From the NCBI GenBank assembly GCA_031459625.1, contig JAVKIH010000034.1:1-25677 (forward strand): DNA of 25,677 nt. The letters run 5' to 3'. The DNA is from Candidatus Geohabitans tengchongensis. GTDB taxonomy: Bacteria; Sysuimicrobiota; Sysuimicrobiia; Sysuimicrobiales; Humicultoraceae. Position numbers and translations under genes: made by a program. Shown in pieces: positions 20,791 through 25,677 of the stretch. Position 1 is the first letter of the stretch, and each line of letters begins with the position of its first letter. A model generated the notes under the pieces. That model was not told where the DNA came from and did not search any database. It was given only the letters and a program-made list of their open reading frames with translations.

Positions 20791-21912
20791 GTGCCTCGCG
20801 AGGAAATCGTCCTCTCCGGCTACTACGGCTTCGGCAACCTGGGCGACGAGGCGGTGCTGTCCGCCACGATCCGCACCCTGCGCGCCCGGCTCGGAGACCT
20901 GCCCGTCACCGTCCTCTCGGCCCGGCCGGCCGAGACCGCCGCCACCCACGGTGTGGCGGCGGTCCACCGCACCGACCCGCGCGCGGTGTGGCGGGCGCTC
21001 GGCCGCGCCCGCCTCTTCCTCTCCGGCGGCGGGTCGCTCCTGCAGGACGCCACGAGCGCCCGCAGCGCGCTCTACTACCTGGGCGTCCTGGCGCTGGCCA
21101 CGGCGCGCGTCCCGCGGACGATGGTCTACGCCCAGGGGGTCGGGCCGCTGCGCCGGGGCTGGGTACGGTGGCTCGTCCGGCGGGTGCTGGACCGCGTGGA
21201 CGTCGTGACCGTGCGCGACGCCGACTCCCGCTCGCTCCTGGCGGCCCTCAGGGTGCGCCGCAGCCCCACCCTGGTCGCCGATCCGGTCTGGCTGCTCGAC
21301 CCCGCGCCCCCCGAAGCTCTCGCGCCTCGCCTGCGCTCGGTCGGGGTGGGGGAGGGGGAACCGCTCCTCCTGGTGGCCGTGCGCCCTTGGAGCGGCGACC
21401 GGTTCGTGGGGGCGCTGGAGGCGGGGCTCCGGGAGGCGGCGCGGCGGCTGGGGGCCCGAGTGGTGGCGCTCCCCTTCCAGCGCGGCCGTGACCTGGCGCT
21501 CTCCACCCGGGTGGCCGCAGCCGCCGGCGGGGTCCTCCTCGACCCGCCGCCCGTCCCGGAGGAGGTGCTGGCCCTGGCGGCCCGGGCGACGGCGGTGGTG
21601 GGGCTGCGGCTGCACGCCCTGATCCTGGCGGCCCGGGCGGGCACCCCGCTCGTCGGCCTGGCCTACGACCCCAAGGTTGGGGCCCTCTGCCGGGAGCTCG
21701 GCCTCCCCGACCCGCTGCCGCTGGCGGTGGAGCCGGACGCCCTGGCGGGGGCGGTGGTGGCCGCCGCCACCGACGCGGCGGTGCGCGCCCGGCTGCGGAG
21801 CGCGCTGCCGGCCATGCAGGCCCGGGCCGCGGCGGCCGGTGAGCTGGCCGCCCGCCTCTACGCGGGGGCGGCACCCCGGGGGAGAGGAATTCCTTTCCTG
21901 GGGCCGGAATAG
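20791..21912 (+). CDS. csaB: polysaccharide pyruvyl transferase CsaB
   Basis: Motifs IVLSGYYGFGNLGDEA, SGGGSLLQDATSARSALYY, YAQGVGPL, TVRDADS, ADPV, GLRLHALI and AYDPKV. Start GTG 20791. Confidence 0.93.
   Translation: MPREEIVLSGYYGFGNLGDEAVLSATIRTLRARLGDLPVTVLSARPAETAATHGVAAVHRTDPRAVWRALGRARLFLSGGGSLLQDATSARSALYYLGVLALATARVPRTMVYAQGVGPLRRGWVRWLVRRVLDRVDVVTVRDADSRSLLAALRVRRSPTLVADPVWLLDPAPPEALAPRLRSVGVGEGEPLLLVAVRPWSGDRFVGALEAGLREAARRLGARVVALPFQRGRDLALSTRVAAAAGGVLLDPPPVPEEVLALAARATAVVGLRLHALILAARAGTPLVGLAYDPKVGALCRELGLPDPLPLAVEPDALAGAVVAAATDAAVRARLRSALPAMQARAAAAGELAARLYAGAAPRGRGIPFLGPE
21885..21911 (+). promoter_or_regulatory. sigma-H-like promoter upstream of spoVS
   Basis: AGGAATT, 15 nt spacer, GAATA, overlapping the csaB 3' end. 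Matches the Bacillus sigma-H pattern AGGAwWW...GAAT. Confidence 0.55.
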
Positions 21913-21999
21913 TGGCCGGTGCCGGGCGGCAGTTGCACAATGATAAGCGAGGGGACGCAGCAGACGTCGTCCATGGCGCGGGACAAGGAGGCGCCGACC

Positions 22000-22263
22000 A
22001 TGCCGGAGGTGCTCAAGGTCTCAGCAGACTCCAAGCCCAAGTCCGTCGCCGGCGCGCTGGCGGCGGTCCTGCGCGAGAAGGGAGCCGTCGAACTCCAGGC
22101 GGTGGGGGCGGGCGCGGTCAACCAGGCGGTGAAGGCCATCGCCATCACGCGCGGGTTCGTCGCGCCCAACGGCATCGACCTCGTCGCCATCCCCGCCTTC
22201 ACCAAGGTGGAGATCGACGGCGAGGAGCGCACCGCCATCAAGTTCCTCGTGGAAGCCCGCTAG
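22000..22263 (+). CDS. spoVS: stage V sporulation protein S (SpoVS family)
   Basis: MPEVLKVSADSKPKSVAGALA...QAVGAGAVNQAVKAIAITRGFVAPNGIDL..IPAF...IDGEERTAIK. AAGGAGG SD before ATG 22000. Confidence 0.96.
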   Translation: MPEVLKVSADSKPKSVAGALAAVLREKGAVELQAVGAGAVNQAVKAIAITRGFVAPNGIDLVAIPAFTKVEIDGEERTAIKFLVEAR

Positions 22264-22304
22264 GCACGTCTGCGCCGGAGCCGACGTGGGCAGCAGGCGG
22301 GGTG

Positions 22305-23258
22305 ATGGCTGAGCAGCCCGGCGGACGCCTGAAGCTCTTCGCGGGCACGGCCAACCGCTGGCTGGGCGAGGAGATCGCCCGGTACCTGGGGATTCCGCTG
22401 GGGCGGGTGACCATCACCCGCTTCGCCGACGGCGAGATTTACGTGCGCTTCGAGGAGAACGCGCGGGGCGAGGACGTCTTCGTCGTCCAGCCGACCTCGC
22501 CGCCGGTGAACGAGCACCTCATGGAGCTGCTCATCATGCTGGACGCGCTCCGCCGGGCCTCGGCGGGGCGCATCACCGCGGTCGTCCCCTACTACGGCTA
22601 CGCCCGCAAGGACAAGAAGGATGCGCCGCGCGAGCCCATCACCGGGCGGCTGGTGGCGGACCTGCTGGTGACGGCCGGGGCGGACCGAGTGCTGACGGTG
22701 GACCTGCACGCCGGGCAGATCGAGGGCTTCTTCAACGTGCCGGTGGACCACCTGCGGGCGATGCCCCTCTTCGCCGACTACCTGCGGGAGAAGGGCCTGC
22801 GCCAGGCCGTGGTCGTCGCCGCCGACGAGGGGGCGGTGAAGCGCAGCAAGCAGCTGGCCGACCGGCTGGACCTGCCGCTGGCCATCATCTTCCAGCGGCG
22901 GGTGGGCAAGGACGTGAAGGAGCCGGTGCAGATCGTCGGCGAGGTGGAGGGGCGCACCCCCATCATGATCGAGGACATCATCGACACCGCCGGCACCCTG
23001 GCCAACGCCGTGGACGTGCTCGTGCGCTCGGGGGCGCGGCGCGAGGTCTACGTCTGCGCCACCCACGCCATCCTGGCCGGCCCGGCGCTGGAGCGGCTGA
23101 GCCGCGAGGAGATCCGCGAGGTCATCCTCACCAACACCGTGGCCATCCCCGGGGACCGGCGCCTGCCGAAGTTCACCATCCTCTCCGCCGCACCGCTGCT
23201 GGCCGAGGCCATCCGGCGCATCCACGAGCACCAGTCGGTGAGCATCCTGTTCACGTAG
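22305..23258 (+). CDS. prs: ribose-phosphate pyrophosphokinase family protein (atypical catalytic motifs)
   Basis: Motifs FADGEIYV, LMELLIMLDALRRASAGRITAVVPYYGYAR, DLHAGQIEGFF, DIIDTAGT, ATHA and LLAEAIRRIHEHQSVS. Confidence 0.92.
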   Translation: MAEQPGGRLKLFAGTANRWLGEEIARYLGIPLGRVTITRFADGEIYVRFEENARGEDVFVVQPTSPPVNEHLMELLIMLDALRRASAGRITAVVPYYGYARKDKKDAPREPITGRLVADLLVTAGADRVLTVDLHAGQIEGFFNVPVDHLRAMPLFADYLREKGLRQAVVVAADEGAVKRSKQLADRLDLPLAIIFQRRVGKDVKEPVQIVGEVEGRTPIMIEDIIDTAGTLANAVDVLVRSGARREVYVCATHAILAGPALERLSREEIREVILTNTVAIPGDRRLPKFTILSAAPLLAEAIRRIHEHQSVSILFT

Positions 23259-24090
23259 CGTCCGCCAGCAGGCGGCGGTAGGCGGCGACGGCGCGGCGCA
23301 GCACCGCCCGCACCGCCTCAGGCGTGGCGGGGTGGGGCGCGCCCAGCTCGAACATCAGCGGGCCGTCGTAGCCCGCCGCGCGCAGGACGGGGACGAACCC
23401 CTCCCACGGCGCCGTCCCCTCCGTGGGGACCAGGTGCAGGTCGCGCTCCCCGGTGTTGTCGTGCACGTGCAGGGTGACGAGGCGGGCGCCCAGCCGGGCG
23501 GCGGTGTGCGGCGCTTGGCCGGTGATCCAGCCGTGGCCCGTGTCCCAGCACGCCCCCAGCCGGTGGAGGCCCGGGCGGCCCGCCAGGGCGAGGAAGTCCT
23601 GCGGCGTCTTGAAGACCGCCTCCGGCCAGGAGTGGTTCTCGATGACGAGGCGCAGCCCCAGCCGGTCCGCGTCCTCCTGCAGCTGCGCCGCGCTTTCCGC
23701 CAGCACCGCCTGCCGCGCGGCCCGCTCCTCCGAGGTCTGGGGGCTGCGGCCCATGGCGTCGCAGACGAAGACCTGCGCGCCCAGGTCGGCGGCGGCCTGC
23801 ATGGCCTGATGCATCACCTGCAGCGAGGTCGCCACCACCTCGCGGTCGAGCGCCGTCACGTCCAGCGGCGGGCCGGCCGGGCTGTGGCAGGACCACAGCC
23901 GCAGCCCGTGGCGCGCCAGCGCCCGGGCGGTGGCGGCCACCAAGCCGGCGTCCGCGTAGTCGAACTCCTCGGTGACGTAGCCGTGGATCTCCACCCACGG
24001 CGCCCCGTCGGTGCGGCACTCGGCGAGCAGCGCGAGTCCCTCGGGGAGCGCGCGCAGGCCCAGCACGCTCGTGGACAACCCCAGGTGCAT
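23251..24090 (-). CDS. sugar phosphate isomerase/epimerase (xylose-isomerase-like TIM barrel)
   Basis: Metal ligands LVIENH, WDTGH, LHVHDN, DLHLVP and MFEL. AGGAG SD. Overlaps the prs 3' end by 8 nt. Confidence 0.85.
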   Translation of the reverse strand: MHLGLSTSVLGLRALPEGLALLAECRTDGAPWVEIHGYVTEEFDYADAGLVAATARALARHGLRLWSCHSPAGPPLDVTALDREVVATSLQVMHQAMQAAADLGAQVFVCDAMGRSPQTSEERAARQAVLAESAAQLQEDADRLGLRLVIENHSWPEAVFKTPQDFLALAGRPGLHRLGACWDTGHGWITGQAPHTAARLGARLVTLHVHDNTGERDLHLVPTEGTAPWEGFVPVLRAAGYDGPLMFELGAPHPATPEAVRAVLRRAVAAYRRLLADAT

Positions 24091-24187
24091 CGGCGGGCTC
24101 CTGTCGGGATGCGTAGATGTCCTGGGCGGGCGCGCCGCAGCGGATCCGCCGCGGCCGCCGCCGCGCCGCGAACGGCAACCCGGCGAC

Positions 24188-24199
24188 TAGTGTACACTA
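24188..24199. promoter_or_regulatory. 12-bp palindrome TAGTGTACACTA between divergent genes
   Basis: Perfect AT-rich palindrome. Contains TACACT (-10-like) on both strands and fits GT-N-TA-N-AC (GntR/HutC-type operator). Confidence 0.6.
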
Positions 24200-24257
24200 C
24201 TGGCGAGGCGGCGCCGCGGCGGCGCCGCCTGCGCGTGCAGGGCAGGAGCGTGATGGC

Positions 24258-25677
24258 GTGAGCGTGCGCACCCGGTATGCCGGCAGTCCGACCGGCTACC
24301 TCCACATCGGCGGCGCCTGGATGGTCTTCTTCAACTGGCTCTTCGCCCGCCACCACGGCGGGGCGTTCGTCCTGCGCGTGGAGGACACCGACCGCACCCG
24401 CTCCACCGAAGCCTACGAGCGGGCCATCCTGGAGGACATCCGCTGGCTGGGCCTCGACTGGGACGAAGGGCCCGACGTGGGCGGCCCCTACGGGCCCTAC
24501 CGCCAGTCGGAGCGCCTCGCCCTCTACCGGCGGTACGCGCAGGCGCTGCTCGACCGCGGCGCCGCCTACCCCTGCTACTGCACGCCGGAGGAGCTGGCCG
24601 CCGAGCGGGAGCGCGCGCGGGCCCAGGGCGTCCCCTACCGCTACTCGGGGCGCTGCCGCGACCTCACCCCCGAGGCGCGGGCGGCCTTCGAGGCGGCGGG
24701 GCGCCGCCCGGCCCTGCGGCTGCGCGTCGCCGACCGCGCCCATCCCATCGTCGTTCACGACCTGATCCGCGGGACGGTGCGCTTCCCCCCCGAGCACCTC
24801 GACGACCAGATCATCGTCCGCAGCGACGGGTGGCCGCTCTACAACTTCGCCAACGTCGTGGACGACCACCTCATGGCCATCACCCACACCATCCGGGGCG
24901 CCCAGCACCTGAGCAACGCCCCCAAGCAGCTCGTCATGTACGAGGCGCTGGGGTGGACGCCGCCGACCATGGCCCACCTGCCGGAGATCCTGGGCCCCGA
25001 CCGCAAGAAGCTGAGCAAGCGCACCGGGGCGGTGGCCGTGCGCGAGCTGGCCGCGCAGGGCTACCTCCCGGAGGCGGTGCTGAACTTCCTCGCCCTCATG
25101 GGGTGGCATCCCGAGGCGGACCGGGAGGTTTACGAGCTGGAGGAGCTCGTCCGCACCTTCGACATCGCGGCGGTGGGGCGCTCCCCCGCCGTCTTCGACC
25201 CGGCGAAGCTGACCTGGCTCAACGGCGTGCACATGCGCCGGGCCCTGGCGGACCATCCGGAGCGGGTGGTCGACATCTGCCTGCGGGTGCTGCAGGACGC
25301 CGGGCTGGTGCCGCGCCCGGCCAGTGCCGCCGACCGCGCCTACGTCGCCCGGGTGGTGGAGGTCCTGGGGGACCGCCTGAAGGTGGGGGCCGACGTGCTG
25401 GCCTACGGGGACTTCTTCTTCACCGACACGGTGCGGGTGGACCCGCAGGCGGCCGCCCAGCACCTCGCCCGGCCGGAGACGCGCGAGCTGCTGCGCGCCC
25501 TGGCTGACCGGGTGGCCGCGCAGGGAGACGGGTGGGACCGGGCGAAGGCGGAGGAGGCGGTGCGGGGGCTGGCGGCGGAGCGGGGAGTGAGCAGCCGCGC
25601 CATCATCCACCCGGCGCGCGTGGCCCTCACGGGCAAGACGGTGGGTCCGGGGCTCTTCGAGCTGATGGAGGTCCTGG
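24258..25677 (+). CDS. gltX: glutamate--tRNA ligase (3' end truncated by the window; missing from the ORF track)
   Basis: Manual translation from GTG 24258 (AGGAG SD): MSVRTRYAGSPTGYLHIGG, LRVEDTD, GPYGPYRQSER, CYC...YSGRCR, LYNFANVVDDHLM, KKLSKR, AVFDPAKLTWLNG and RVALTGKTVGPGLFE. Confidence 0.94.
   Translation, partial: MSVRTRYAGSPTGYLHIGGAWMVFFNWLFARHHGGAFVLRVEDTDRTRSTEAYERAILEDIRWLGLDWDEGPDVGGPYGPYRQSERLALYRRYAQALLDRGAAYPCYCTPEELAAERERARAQGVPYRYSGRCRDLTPEARAAFEAAGRRPALRLRVADRAHPIVVHDLIRGTVRFPPEHLDDQIIVRSDGWPLYNFANVVDDHLMAITHTIRGAQHLSNAPKQLVMYEALGWTPPTMAHLPEILGPDRKKLSKRTGAVAVRELAAQGYLPEAVLNFLALMGWHPEADREVYELEELVRTFDIAAVGRSPAVFDPAKLTWLNGVHMRRALADHPERVVDICLRVLQDAGLVPRPASAADRAYVARVVEVLGDRLKVGADVLAYGDFFFTDTVRVDPQAAAQHLARPETRELLRALADRVAAQGDGWDRAKAEEAVRGLAAERGVSSRAIIHPARVALTGKTVGPGLFELMEVL

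Noticed and set aside
21912..21936. Sigma-54 -24/-12 promoter before spoVS (TGGC...TTGC)
   Set aside because: The GG-to-GC spacing is not the required 10 nt.
24091..24257. T-box leader upstream of gltX
   Set aside because: No AAGGTGGTACCGCG-like T-box sequence, no terminator, and the region is too short.

Overview
Very GC-rich bacterial chromosomal segment, mostly housekeeping genes on the + strand: recO, small DUF4342-like gene, glyQS, ppdK, dGTPase, cold-shock protein, hpf, a conserved hypothetical, secA, lnt (with an extra C-terminal membrane domain), prfB (programmed +1 frameshift), DUF2993/LmeA-like, DUF5693-like, csaB, spoVS, prs and gltX (runs off the window end). A sugar-phosphate isomerase/epimerase on the - strand converges with prs. 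Two accessory pieces interrupt this backbone. The first is the left ~1.9 kb, with an NitT/TauT-type ABC substrate-binding gene of visibly lower GC and a multiply frameshifted class-III aminotransferase relic. The second is an antisense DUF222-like/HNH endonuclease gene just upstream of secA, bracketed by a perfect 20-bp palindrome and a degenerate copy of it; this is the best candidate for an undescribed mobile or selfish system. Other oddities: Prs and GluRS with substituted signature residues, sigma-H-like promoter motifs before hpf and spoVS, tandem duplications running into the TATAAT boxes of both secA and prfB, and 22-bp-phased repeats in the ppdK leader. The mix of Firmicutes-like synteny, lnt, csaB and spoVS at very high GC suggests a diderm Terrabacteria lineage such as Armatimonadota or relatives; this is inference only. 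All calls come from motif recognition by eye, with no database searches.
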